This document shows positions 1 to 15,465 of a stretch of 64,000 bases of DNA, piece after piece. The translations under genes and the position numbers were made by a program. The stretch comes from an uncultured Acidobacteriota bacterium (lineage in GTDB: Bacteria > Acidobacteriota > Vicinamibacteria > Vicinamibacterales > CAVVIG01): positions 60,632 through 124,631 of the forward strand of contig CAVSWN010000010.1 of assembly GCA_963731545.1 (NCBI GenBank), written 5' to 3'. How positions within the stretch are numbered: the first letter of the stretch is position 1; each line of letters begins with the position of its first letter. A model generated the notes under the pieces. It was not told the origin of the DNA and ran no database searches. It saw only the letters and a program-made list of their open reading frames with translations.

Positions 1-2
1 TT

Positions 3-927
3 CAGAACGTCAGCGTCCCGTTCTCGATCAATCCGGACATCAAGGCGTCGCGGATCGTGAGCCCGCGCGACTTCGTGTTCTGGGACGGACCGGTCGTCGA
101 CATGGAGGGGCACGGCACGCACGTCGCGTCGACGATCGGCGAGGAGACGAACAACGGCATCGCGCTCGCGGGCATCGCGTATCGCGTGAAGCTGATGCCG
201 GTCAAGGTGTGCGTGGGCTTCTGGGAGCTGCAGTTCGTGATGGCGGCCTCGGGCTACCGCGGGTTTCTGCCGCCCGGAATCGGCGGCTGCCCGACCTCGG
301 AGATCGCGGACGGGATTCGCTACGCGGCCGATCGCGGGGCGAAGGTGATCAATCTCAGCCTCGGCGGGCCCGAGCCCTCGTCATTGATTCGCGACGCCAT
401 CGCGTATGCCGTCGGCAAAGGCGCCTTCGTCGCCATCGCGATGGGCAACGAGTTCGAGGACGGAAATCCCGTCGAGTACCCGGCAGCCGACGCGGCGGAG
501 ATGGACGGTGTGATGTCGGTCGGCGCGGTCGGGCCGTCGTTGAAGCGATCGTTCTACTCGAACACCGGACCGCACATCGAGATTTCCGCGCCTGGCGGCG
601 ACGACCGCGACGGCGGCTGCGAGGGGCATGATCTGGCAGTCGACGATTTCCCGCACCGATTCGATGCCGCTCGCGGTGATCGCGCCGCGCTTCGATCGCT
701 ACGTCGAGTCGGCGTACGAAGGCACCTCGATGGCATCGCCGCACGTGGCGGGAGTGGCCGCGCTGCTCGTCAGTCAGGGCGTGTCGAATCCGGCGGCGAT
801 CGAGAAAACGCTCAAGAAGACCGCGCGGCCTCTCGGCGCGCCGGATGGCGCCGGGCGAAACGACGAGTACGGCTACGGGCTCGTGCAGCCGCGGTCGGCG
901 CTCCTTGGAATCGGGTTGGTCAAATGA
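3..927 (+). CDS. S8 (subtilisin-like) serine peptidase, 5'-truncated by window edge, one +1 frame change near 622-628
   Basis: The frame of ORF 57..1547 carries the catalytic-His box HGTHVAS. ORF 628..927 carries the catalytic-Ser box GTSMASPHVAG and stops at 927. GC3 is high only in the stated frame of each segment. The Asp box must lie upstream of the window. Confidence 0.8.
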
Positions 928-1547
928 ACATGCGAACCATCGTCTTGATCGCGTGGATGGTGGCGGGGTCGGCCAGCTCCGCGGCGGCGCAGTCGGACAC
1001 CTTCGGGGTCTTCGGGATCGGGCAGTTCGGCTACGTCCAGTTCGCCGCGGAGCAGAGTTTCCGCGCGGTGATGGGCCGGGCGGGCGGCAGATTCTTCGGC
1101 GGCGGCGCCGAGGTGCGCGTTGGACCGGCGTTCCTGAGCGCGTCGATCGAGCGCTTCGCGAAAACCGGCCAGCGGATTCTCGTCGTCGACGGCGAGGTCT
1201 TCAAGCTGGGCATTCCGGAAACCGTGACGATCGTGCCGGTCGCCGTATCGGCCGGGTGGCGAATCCAGCGCGACGGCGCGACGCCCTACATCGGCGCCGG
1301 CGTCGGGCGGATGTTCTACAAGGAGCAGTCCGCATTCGCGGCTGAAGGCGAGAGAGTCGACGCGCGGTTCTCCAGTGTCCACATCCTCGGCGGGATCGAA
1401 TTCCGCAACGAGTGGGTGGCGACGGCGTTCGAAGTGCAATACACGCGCGCCCCGCAAACCGTTGGCATCGGCGGCGCGCTCCAGGCATTTCAAGAGTCGA
1501 ACCTGGGCGGGCTCGTCGGACGCGTCAAGGTCCTGGTCGGGCGATAG
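924..1547 (+). CDS. putative outer-membrane beta-barrel protein with signal peptide
   Basis: The ATG at 924 overlaps the S8 stop (ATGA). It has a signal peptide MNMRTIVLIAWMVAGSASSAAAQ followed by an alternating Gly/aromatic beta-strand pattern to ...RVKVLVGR. It forms the tail of the chimeric ORF 57..1547. Confidence 0.55.
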   Translation: MNMRTIVLIAWMVAGSASSAAAQSDTFGVFGIGQFGYVQFAAEQSFRAVMGRAGGRFFGGGAEVRVGPAFLSASIERFAKTGQRILVVDGEVFKLGIPETVTIVPVAVSAGWRIQRDGATPYIGAGVGRMFYKEQSAFAAEGERVDARFSSVHILGGIEFRNEWVATAFEVQYTRAPQTVGIGGALQAFQESNLGGLVGRVKVLVGR

Positions 1548-1550
1548 GAT

Positions 1551-1586
1551 CGGTTTCAAAGCCGGACGCCACAGGTTTTGAAACCG
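1551..1586 (+). terminator. hairpin between beta-barrel gene and alr (10-bp stem CGGTTTCAAA/TTTGAAACCG, 16-nt loop, no U-tract)
   Basis: The inverted repeat was read directly from the sequence. Its function as a terminator is not established. Confidence 0.25.
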
Positions 1587-1599
1587 TTATGATCGAATC

Positions 1600-2736
1600 G
1601 TGGTTCGTCCGACTGTCGCGCGCGTCGATCTCGACGCGCTGAAATCGAACTACCGGCACATCGTTGAACACGTCGAGGCCGAAGCCGGCGGCGGCGCGCC
1701 GCGCCTGATTGCGGTCGTCAAAGCCAACGCGTACGGACACGGTGCGCCTCAGGTTGCGCTGGCGCTGGAAGACGCCGGCGCGGATCTGCTGGCGTGCGCG
1801 GACATCGAGGAAGGGGCGGCGCTTCGCGCCGCGGGCGTCCGCGCCGACATCCTCGTGTTCGGCGCGCTGAGCGTCAGCGATCTGGATGGCGTGTTCGATT
1901 GCCGCCTCACGCCGACGATTTCGACGCCGGGCGCCGCGCGGGCCGTGCAGGCGGCGGCCGCGCGCCACAATCAGCGGCTGCGGTACCACCTGAAGATCGA
2001 CACCGGCATGAATCGTCTCGGGTTCCGCTTCGACAATTTGCGGCGCACGCTGCCCGAGCTTTTCACGAGCCCGAACCTTCATCTCGAGGCGGTGTACACG
2101 CATTTCGCCACGGCGGACGATCCGGAGTCGCCATTGTTCGAGCAGCAGCGTGTCAGGTTCGAGCGTGGCCTCGACGACGTGTTCGCCGACACGCGGTGGG
2201 GCCGCAGCACCGATCGTCCGTATCGCCATGCCGCGAACAGCGCCGCGCTGCTCCGCGACTCACGTGTCTGGTACGACCGCGTGCGGCCCGGGCTGCTGTT
2301 GTACGGCCTCGTGCCGCCGCCGCTCGCGTCGACGATTCCGCTGACGCCGGTCATCACGCTCGGCAGCCGCATCGTGGCCGTGAAAGGCATCCGGCCCGGC
2401 GAAGGCGTGGGCTACGGCGTGAAGTTCACGGCGGACGCGCCGAAACAGATCGCCATCGTCCCCGCCGGCTACGCCGACGGTTTGGATCTGCGGCTTGCCG
2501 GGCGCGGCGCCGTGCTCATTCGCGGCCGGCGTGCGCCGATCGTCGGATCGGTCTGCATGGACATGCTGATGGCCGACGTCACCGGCCTCGACGTCTCGCC
2601 CGGCGACGAGGTCGTGATCATCGGCCCCCAGGGCGACGATCGGATCGACGTCCGCGAGATGGCTGCACAGATTGGTACGATCCCCTACGAAATCCTCTGT
2701 CGCATCGGCAGCAGGATTGAGAGACTGTACGAATGA
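1600..2736 (+). CDS. alr: alanine racemase
   Basis: Intact 378-aa ORF with the PLP-lysine motif AVVKANAYGHG and the C-terminal ...GYADG...VCMDM... pattern. Its stop overlaps the radA ATG (ATGA). Confidence 0.93.
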   Translation: MVRPTVARVDLDALKSNYRHIVEHVEAEAGGGAPRLIAVVKANAYGHGAPQVALALEDAGADLLACADIEEGAALRAAGVRADILVFGALSVSDLDGVFDCRLTPTISTPGAARAVQAAAARHNQRLRYHLKIDTGMNRLGFRFDNLRRTLPELFTSPNLHLEAVYTHFATADDPESPLFEQQRVRFERGLDDVFADTRWGRSTDRPYRHAANSAALLRDSRVWYDRVRPGLLLYGLVPPPLASTIPLTPVITLGSRIVAVKGIRPGEGVGYGVKFTADAPKQIAIVPAGYADGLDLRLAGRGAVLIRGRRAPIVGSVCMDMLMADVTGLDVSPGDEVVIIGPQGDDRIDVREMAAQIGTIPYEILCRIGSRIERLYE

Positions 2737-4106
2737 GCAAGGCGTCGAAAACCGTTTTCGTGTGCCAGGAGTGCGGCGCGCAGTCGCTGAAGCTGCAGGG
2801 GCGATGCTTCGAGTGCGGCGCCTGGAATTCGCTGGTCGAAGAGCGCGCGCAGGAAGCCGGCGGCGCTCCACCGGCCGATCATCGCTATGCGTTGGCCGGC
2901 GCTGCGGGCGCGCGCTTGTACGCCGACGTCGAGCTCGAGCAGCATGCGCGGCTCACGACGGGCATCGGTGAGTTCGATCGCGTGCTCGGCGGCGGGATCG
3001 TTCCCGGTTCGCTCGTGCTGCTCGGCGGCGAGCCGGGGATCGGCAAGTCGACGCTGCTGCTCCAGGCCGCCGCGAACCTGGCTCGCACGATCGGCCCGGT
3101 GTTGTACAGCTCGGGCGAAGAATCCGAGCATCAGATCAAGTCGCGCGGCGAACGGCTCGCCGTGGGCAACGCGCCGCTCTATCTCCTGGCGGAGACCTGC
3201 CTCGAGCGGATCCTCGAGGAGATCGCGCGCATCAAGCCGGCGCTCGTGATCGTGGATTCCGTGCAGACCGTCTTCTCGCTCAAGTTTCAATCGGCGCCCG
3301 GCAGCATCGGGCAGGTTCGCGAGGCCGCCACGCAGTTGTTGTTTGCCGCGAAGGGCCGCAACATTCCGACGTTTCTCGTCGGCCACGTCACGAAAGACGG
3401 AAGCCTGGCCGGACCCAAGGCGCTCGAGCACGTGGTGGACACCGTCCTGTACTTCGAAGGCGAGCGCCATCACTCGCACCGTGTCGTCCGCGCGGTCAAG
3501 AACCGGTTCGGTGCGGTCAGTGAGCTGGGCGTGTTCGAGATGACGTCGGGCGGCCTGCGGGCGGTGCCGAACCCGTCGAAGATGTTCCTGGCCGAGCGTT
3601 CTGTGAATGCGCCCGGCTCGGCGGTGTTGTGCACGGTGGAAGGATCGCGGCCGATCCTCGTCGAGGTACAGGCGCTCGTCAGCTCCAGCGCCTATGGGAC
3701 CGCGCGACGAACCGCGAACGGGATCGATCAACAGCGGTTGTCGCTGCTGCTCGCGGTGCTCGAAAAGCGCGCGGGCCTGAATCTGATCGGCGACGACGTG
3801 TTCGTCAACATCGCGGGCGGGATGACGGTGGACGAGCCCGCCTCGGATCTGGGCGTCGTCGCGGCGATCGCGTCGAGCGTGAGAAACCGCGTCGTCCCGT
3901 CGACGACGGCGATGTTTGGCGAGGTCGGCCTCGCGGGCGAAGTGCGGGCGATCGCGCAGGCGTCGCTGCGCATCCGCGAAGCCTCCCAGCTCGGGTTCAA
4001 GCGATGCATTCTTCCCGAGGCGAACATCGAGCCGGCTCGCGACGCGGCCCTGGAGCTGGTCGGCGTACGAACAATTGGCGAAGCTCTCGACGCCGCTTTG
4101 GGCTAA
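2733..4106 (+). CDS. radA: DNA repair protein RadA
   Basis: Intact 457-aa ORF with an N-terminal zinc ribbon CQECGAQSLKLQGRCFECGAWN, Walker A GEPGIGKST, KNRFG, and a Lon-like C-terminal domain. Confidence 0.95.
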   Translation: MSKASKTVFVCQECGAQSLKLQGRCFECGAWNSLVEERAQEAGGAPPADHRYALAGAAGARLYADVELEQHARLTTGIGEFDRVLGGGIVPGSLVLLGGEPGIGKSTLLLQAAANLARTIGPVLYSSGEESEHQIKSRGERLAVGNAPLYLLAETCLERILEEIARIKPALVIVDSVQTVFSLKFQSAPGSIGQVREAATQLLFAAKGRNIPTFLVGHVTKDGSLAGPKALEHVVDTVLYFEGERHHSHRVVRAVKNRFGAVSELGVFEMTSGGLRAVPNPSKMFLAERSVNAPGSAVLCTVEGSRPILVEVQALVSSSAYGTARRTANGIDQQRLSLLLAVLEKRAGLNLIGDDVFVNIAGGMTVDEPASDLGVVAAIASSVRNRVVPSTTAMFGEVGLAGEVRAIAQASLRIREASQLGFKRCILPEANIEPARDAALELVGVRTIGEALDAALG

Positions 4107-4226
4107 TTCCCTAACCACACCTTTTCCTAATCCTTACGCCAAAATCACCGCAGTTGGTGTAGTCTGTCGGCATCGGCCGTTACGTTTGTTTACATTCATA
4201 GACGGATATCCACAAACGGTGCCCTC

Positions 4227-5301
4227 ATGTCTTGGTTCACACTCGCTCGCGTCCTGTTCGTGGCGGCCGTGGCCGTATGCCTCGGCGTTCCTCCAGCCGG
4301 TACCCGTGGGTCTGGCGGCAAACGTGGCCTTCGGCCTCGTCCTGGCGGCGCTCGTCGTCGTCTTCGAGAGCCGGCTCCGCGAAACCGCGCTCACGCGGAT
4401 CCTGGGCGCGCTGATCGGCGGCGCCATCGGGCTCACGCTGGCGCACGCCATCGCCACCGGACTGTTCTGGGCTGACAGCGCGAATCGCCGCGTCGAGTTC
4501 CTTCACAGCTTCGTGCTGATCGTGCTGCCGTACCTGGGCCTCGTGCTCGGCGGCAAGAACGGCGAATGGCTCGAGCCCTCGCGGCTCGTCGGCCTGTTCC
4601 GCGCGACCGCGCCGGAGCGCCACTACAAGATCCTCGACACGAGCGTGATCATCGACGGCCGCATCGCGGACATCTGCGAAACCGGATTCATCGACGGCGC
4701 GCTGGTCATTCCGCAGTTCGTGTTGAAGGAACTGCAGCTCGTCGCCGATTCCGCCGACTCGATGAAGCGCAATCGCGGCCGGCGCGGCCTCGACATCCTG
4801 CAGAAGATTCAGAAGATGGCCGGGCTCGACGTCGTCATCTCCGACATCGACTTCCCGGACGTCCGCGAGGTCGACCTCAAGCTGATCGAGCTGGCGCGCA
4901 CGCTGCCCGGGAAGATCGTGACCAACGACTTCAACCTGAACAAGGTGGCGCAGCTGCGCGGCGTCGCCGTGCTCAACGTCAACGAGCTCGCGAACTCCAT
5001 CAAGCCCGTCGTGCTGCCCGGCGAGATCATGAAGGTCTTCGTGCTGAAGGAAGGGAAGGAATACAACCAGGGCGTCGCCTATCTGGACGACGGCACCATG
5101 GTCGTCGTGGACAACGCGCGCAAGATGATCAGCAAGACGATCGACATCGTCGTCACGAGCGTGCTGCAGACCACGGCGGGGAAGATGATCTTCGGGCGGT
5201 ACGTCGAAGCGGCGGCAGCGCCGGCACAAGCCGCCGCGCCGATGCAATCGGCGGCGCCGCAGCCGGTGCGCGTCTCCGCGCAGGCGGCCGCGCAGACGTA
5301 G
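4227..5301 (+). CDS. PIN/TRAM-domain membrane protein (YacL-like), probable +1 frame change near 4280
   Basis: MSWFTLARVLFVAAVAV (ORF 4227..) joins SAFLQPVPVGLAANVAFGLVLAALVVVFE... (frame of ORF 3916..5301). It has N-terminal TM helices, a PIN-like core (YKILDTSVIIDGRI...IVTNDFNL) and a TRAM-like C-terminus (EIMKVFVLKEGKEYNQGVAYLDDGTMVVV). Confidence 0.75.
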
Positions 5302-5386
5302 GGCAGGAAAGGCAGGAAGGGCTGGAAGGGCAGGACGGGAGAAGCCTCCGTGTTCTCCCTCCTGCCTTTCCCGCCCTCTCCTGCCC
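5301..5386. terminator. extended imperfect palindrome / bidirectional terminator-like hairpin between convergent genes
   Basis: The core stem is GGCAGGACGGGAGAA (5329-5343) pairing with TTCTCCCTCCTGCC (5353-5366). The left arm is built of GGCAGGAAR direct repeats and the right arm is their complement. Confidence 0.45.
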
Positions 5387-5388
5387 TG

Positions 5389-6285
<897 letters not shown>

Positions 6286-6398
6286 CAGGTGCTCCTTCTA
6301 TAGAAGTTGCGTCTTCGCCGAAGTGGTAAATTGTAGGTCATAACCCAAATCGCCGATCACCCAATCGCCGTTCGCCGACGGACGATCCCTCCGTTTCA

Positions 6399-7155
6399 TT
6401 GGTGGCGCACCGTCTTCTATCTCATTCCGGCGATTACGCTTTACACGATCGTTCTCGGCGCGGCGTCGCTCCTGTCGAGCCTGTTCGACCGTCGAGGTTA
6501 CTTCGCGCACCGCTGCGCGCGCGCCTGGTCGTGGTTGATCCTGAAGACGACGGGAGTCCGGGTCGCCGTCGAGGGCCTGGAGCGCATCACGCCAGGGACC
6601 ACCTACGTGTTCGTGTCGAACCACCAGAGCATTTACGACACGCCCGTGATCTTCGCGTCGCTGCCCTATCAGTTGCGGATCATCGCGAAGGAATCGCTGG
6701 CGCGATTCCCGGTTCTTGGATGGCATCTGAAACGCGGCGGCCATCTGTTCGTCGATCGCAGGAATCCGGATCGCGCGGGAATCCTGCGCCGCTGGCGCGC
6801 GCTCGTCGTGGAAGGCCTCTCGCTGATCATCTACGCCGAAGGCACGCGAAGCTGGGACGGCCGGGTCGCGAAGTTCAAGGCGGGCAGCTTTCTGCTGGCC
6901 ATCCAGGCCGGTCTGCCGATCGTGCCGGTCGCGGTCATCGGCACCCGGCAGGTGATGCCCAAAGGGCGCCTTCGGACCGAACCCGCCGACGTCGGTCTCG
7001 TCATTCACGATCCGATTCAGCCGCCGGCCATCAGCAATCCGACGGCGCGCGACGCCAAAGCGCTCGCCGACAAAGTGCACGCCGTGGTAGCGGCCACGGT
7101 CGACGCGCGGCAACACGGCCGTGTACGTGGGGCAGGCCTTCAGCCGGACCTGTGA
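6399..7155 (+). CDS. 1-acyl-sn-glycerol-3-phosphate acyltransferase family (PlsC-like); start unresolved, probable +1 frame change near 6412
   Basis: It has the HX4D motif FVSNHQSIYD and the YAEGTRS block. A homologous-looking TM segment WWRTVFYLIPAITLYTIVLGAASLL extends upstream of the listed TTG 6535 without an in-frame start. TTG/GTG at 6399/6402 is in the -1 frame. Confidence 0.78.
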
Positions 7156-7168
7156 CGATCGCGTTGCC

Positions 7169-7194
7169 GTAGGTCTGCCTAAGGCGGCCCGACC
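7169..7194. repeat. degenerate copy of REP-like palindromic element
   Basis: GTAGGTCTGCCTAAGGCGGCCCGACC resembles the consensus GTAGGTCCGCCTGAAGGCGGACCCCACGTAC seen at 12.4 and 16.8 kb. Confidence 0.4.
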
Positions 7195-7235
7195 AGACCC
7201 GATCCAACGAGACGTATAAGCCCTCCGCATCCTGT

Positions 7236-9656
<2,421 letters not shown>

Positions 9657-9688
9657 GGATCGCTTAGACGGCTCGCGCCGGAGGGCGG

Positions 9689-10420
9689 TTGACCAGCGGC
9701 CGCTATAATCAGGGTTTGCAGGTCACCGCCATCATCGCCGCCGGGGGACGAGGCGAGCGCCTCGGCGGACGCGCGCTCAAGCAGCTGCTGCCGATCGCCG
9801 GCCGCGCGATGCTCGACCGCAGCGTCAGCGCATTTCTCACGCATCCGGACATCACGGAGGTCATCGTCGCGCTCCCGCAGACGGTGATTGACGATCCGCC
9901 GGCCTACCTGCGCGGCGGAAAGTCCCTGCGCCTTGTCGCCGGCGGAAGATCGGCGGCAGGACTCGGTGGCGAACGCGTTCCGCGCCGCTCTGCGCGAGAC
10001 CGAGGTCATCGTCATCCACGACGCGGCGCGGCCGTTCGTCACGGCCGACCTGATCACGCGCACGATCGCCGCCGCGGCCGAATCGGGCGCCGCGGTGGCG
10101 GCGCTGCAGGCGCGCGACACGGTCAAGCGGCTGCAGGTCCGCCTAACAGGCCGACCGCGTCGAGTACGGTGATCGGTGAAGACGCTGGCGCGCGAGACGA
10201 TCTTTCTCGCGCAAACGCCCCAGGCATTCCGGCGCGAGGTGCTGGCCGCGGCTTTCGACTTCGCGGCGCGCACCAATGCGGAGGGCACCGACGAAGCGGC
10301 GCTGGCCGAGGGGGCTGGTCATCCGGTGCGCCTTGTCGAAGGGGACGCGTCGAACATCAAGATCACGACGCCGGAGGATCTCGTCGTCGCCGACGCCATC
10401 GCGCGTGGCTGGCGATCGAC
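9689..10420 (+). CDS. ispD: 2-C-methyl-D-erythritol 4-phosphate cytidylyltransferase, as-sequenced disrupted (+1 near 9950; in-frame TGA at 10173); end and possible fusion to ispF unresolved
   Basis: The motifs span three ORF-track pieces: [12 protein letters not shown] (ORF 9689), [10 protein letters not shown]...VIHDAARPF...ARDTVKR (ORF 9888) and FLAQTPQAF...[10 protein letters not shown] (ORF 10176). Confidence 0.8.
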
Positions 10421-10909
10421 GGCCGATCCGGACCGGGCGCGCCGGTACGGGCTACGACCTGCATCGGCTGGCCGCAGGTCGTCCGCTGATCATCGGGGGC
10501 GTCACGATCCCGTCGGATCGCGGCGCCGTCGGCCATTCAGACGCCGACGTCGCCTGCCACGCGATCACCGATGCCATCCTCGGTGCCGCGGGACTGGGCG
10601 ACATCGGCCGTCATTTCCCCGATTCCGATCCACAGTGGAAAGGCGCGTCGAGCCTCGACCTGCTCAAGCGCGCCGCCGCGATCGTCGCCGAGGGCGGATA
10701 CGAAGTCGGCAACGTCGACGTCACCGTCATTCTCGAGACGCCCAAGATCCGCGACCACGTCGCGCGCGATGCGCGAGGCCATCGCCGGAGCGATCGGCCT
10801 CGACGCCGCGCACGTGAGCGTCAAGGGCAAGACGAACGAAGGCGTCGACGCCGTCGGGCGCGGCGAAGCGATCGCCGCCCACGCGGTCGCATTGATACGC
10901 ACGCGATAA
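10405..10909 (+). CDS. ispF: 2-C-methyl-D-erythritol 2,4-cyclodiphosphate synthase, +1 frame change near 10765
   Basis: GTGYDLHRL...[11 protein letters not shown]...[16 protein letters not shown] (frame of ORF 10276) continues as [42 protein letters not shown] (ORF 10571..10909). Confidence 0.8.
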
Positions 10910-10934
10910 ACTCTTGCGGCCTTTGCGTTCTTGA

Positions 10935-12442
<1,508 letters not shown>

Positions 12443-12453
<11 letters not shown>

Positions 12454-12554
12454 AGCCGGACCCCACGTCACAGAAGACAGTGTCAGCACGTAGACGTCCG
12501 CCTTTAGGCGAACTTCAGTTTCGGTACGTGGGGTCCGCCTTTAGGCGGACCTAC
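12443..12554. repeat. REP-like palindromic element cluster (forward copy, degenerate copy, inverted copy)
   Basis: The forward copy is GGTCCGGCTAAAGCCGGACCCCACGT (12443-12468), and the gltX stop codon sits in its loop. A degenerate copy lies at 12488-12513. The inverted copy is GTACGTGGGGTCCGCCTTTAGGCGGACCTAC (12524-12554). Confidence 0.6.
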
Positions 12555-12558
12555 TGCG

Positions 12559-13285
12559 ATGCGAATCTACGGCATCAATCCTGTTCTCGAAGCACTGCGC
12601 GCGCGCCGCGTGACCGCGATTCGTGTGTCGCCGCGCGCCGACGAGCGTTTGACCGAGCTCGTCCGCCTGGCCGAGACGCAGGGAGTGGCGGTCCAGCGCG
12701 TCACCGTCGCCGAGCTCGATCGCGCGGCGGGCGGCGGCCGCCACCAGGGAGTCGTCGCGGATCTTCGTTCGCTCAATGAGCCCGTGAGCGTCGAGGATCT
12801 CGTCGTCGGCGCACCTGCGCGCGCCGCTGATCGTCGTCCTCGACGGCATCGAGGACCCGCACAACGTGGGCGCGATTCTGCGGAGCGTGGATGCGGCGGG
12901 CGCGGACGGGGTGGTCCGTCAGTCGCGGCACGCCGCCCGGCTCGACGGGGCGGCGGCGAAGGCGTCGGCCGGCGCCGTCGCGCACGTGAAGATTGCCGAG
13001 GTCGTCAACATCGCCCGGGCCCTGGAGACGCTGAAGGACGCTGGTGTCTGGACGGTCGGCCTCGCGGGGGATGCCTCAAAACACTACAGCGAGGTGGATC
13101 TCACGCTGCCGACGGCCCTGGTCGTGGGGGCGGAGGACGTGGGGTTGCGCCGGCTGGTGCGGGAGCGGTGCGACTGGCTGGTCTCGATCCCGATGGCCGG
13201 GCACGTTCAAAGTTTGAACGTGTCGGTCGCCGCCGGCGTCGCCCTCTTCGAGGCCGTCCGGCAAAGAAATCGCAAGGCGCGATAA
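12559..13285 (+). CDS. rlmB: TrmH-family 23S rRNA 2'-O-methyltransferase (RlmB-like), +1 frame change near 12815
   Basis: MRIYGINPVLEAL...HQGVVA (ORF 12559) joins LIVVLDGIEDPHNVGAILRS...LVVGAEDVGL...SLNVSVAAGVALFE (ORF 12866..13285). Confidence 0.8.
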
Positions 13286-13350
13286 CACGTGTACAATGGA
13301 GAGTTGCGGGTACGGCCGTGGCTCGGCTGTTGCCATCCGACGCGTCGGGG

Positions 13351-13380
13351 TTGCGCGGGTGGCACGAGACGTGCTAAAGT
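13351..13380 (+). promoter_or_regulatory. candidate sigma70-type promoter for the tRNA-tuf cluster (TTGCGC-N18-TAAAGT)
   Basis: The hexamers were read directly. The -10 ends 16 nt before the first tRNA. This is a weak, unverified match. Confidence 0.25.
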
Positions 13381-13396
13381 TCACCTTTTGTCTCTG

Positions 13397-13473
13397 GCTG
13401 GCGTAGCTCAGTCAGGTAGAGCAGCTGATTTGTAATCAGCGGGTCGGGGGTTCAAATCCCTTCGCCAGCTCCA
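13397..13473 (+). tRNA. tRNA-Thr (anticodon UGU)
   Basis: Manual cloverleaf: acceptor GCTGGCG/CGCCAGC, anticodon arm GCTGA-TTTGTAA-TCAGC, T-loop TTCAAAT, encoded CCA. Confidence 0.88.
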
Positions 13474-13554
13474 TCGGCCGAGTACACCGGGCGTCAGGGT
13501 AAGCACCGAACGGGAAAGCACCGAACGCACGCGTTTCCATAACACAGACCAGTT

Positions 13555-13641
13555 GGCGAGGTAGCGAAGCGGTCAAACGCAGCAGACTGTAAATCTGTCG
13601 CCCTAGCGGCTTCGAAGGTTCGAGTCCTTCCCTCGCCACCA
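13555..13641 (+). tRNA. tRNA-Tyr (anticodon GUA), long variable arm
   Basis: Acceptor GGCGAGG/CCTCGCC, anticodon loop CTGTAAA, long variable arm, T-loop TTCGAGT, encoded CCA. Confidence 0.88.
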
Positions 13642-13756
13642 TTCGACTCGGCCCTGCGGGCCTCGCGCATGGCAGGCCGAGCGACGAATGCCCTGAGCGA
13701 GCGCAGCGAGTCGAAGGGCTTCGCGACCACGCGGAAGGAATCGGGCGAGCGCGTAG

Positions 13757-13831
13757 GCGGGAGTAACTCAGTGGTAGAGTCACAGCCTTCCAAGCTGTTG
13801 GTCGCGGGTTCGATCCCCGTCTCCCGCTCCA
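13757..13831 (+). tRNA. tRNA-Gly (anticodon UCC)
   Basis: Acceptor GCGGGAG/CTCCCGC, anticodon arm ACAGC-CTTCCAA-GCTGT, T-loop TTCGATC, encoded CCA. Confidence 0.88.
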
Positions 13832-14003
13832 GACTCGCCAGTCGCTTGGTCGCTTCGGCCATGGTAAGCGCCTGGTCCGTTCATGGTCCAAGGAGCCTTG
13901 GTCCGAGCAATCGCCGGACTCCGGACAGGGAGCTTGGGAGCGGACGAAGGACTGACTGGACGGCCGAAGCGACGAAGACGCAAGCGAGCGTTAGGACCGA
14001 AAG

Positions 14004-14079
<76 letters not shown>

Positions 14080-14113
14080 GCGCATTGATTCGTAAACGAC
14101 GAGGATCGTTGAC

Positions 14114-15313
<1,200 letters not shown>

Positions 15314-15315
15314 CC

Positions 15316-15465
15316 ATGCGAGACATCGTCACGCTCGCCTGCACCGAGTGCAAGCGGCGCAACTACAGCACGACGAAGAACAAGAAGAAGACGACGGACC
15401 GGCTCGAGTTCTCGAAGTTCTGCCGCTTCTGCCGCAAACACACGCCGCATCGGGAGAGCAAGTGA
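15316..15465 (+). CDS. rpmG: 50S ribosomal protein L33
   Basis: Hand translation (below the ORF-track size cut-off): [49 protein letters not shown], with the CxxC...CxxC zinc motif. Confidence 0.9.
   Translation: MRDIVTLACTECKRRNYSTTKNKKKTTDRLEFSKFCRFCRKHTPHRESK

Noticed and set aside
57-1547. A single 496-aa ORF that looks like a protease-barrel fusion.
   Set aside because: The middle third (about 630-920) is the out-of-frame reading of the S8 C-terminus. The real Ser-box frame ends at 927, and the barrel gene has its own start and signal peptide at 924.
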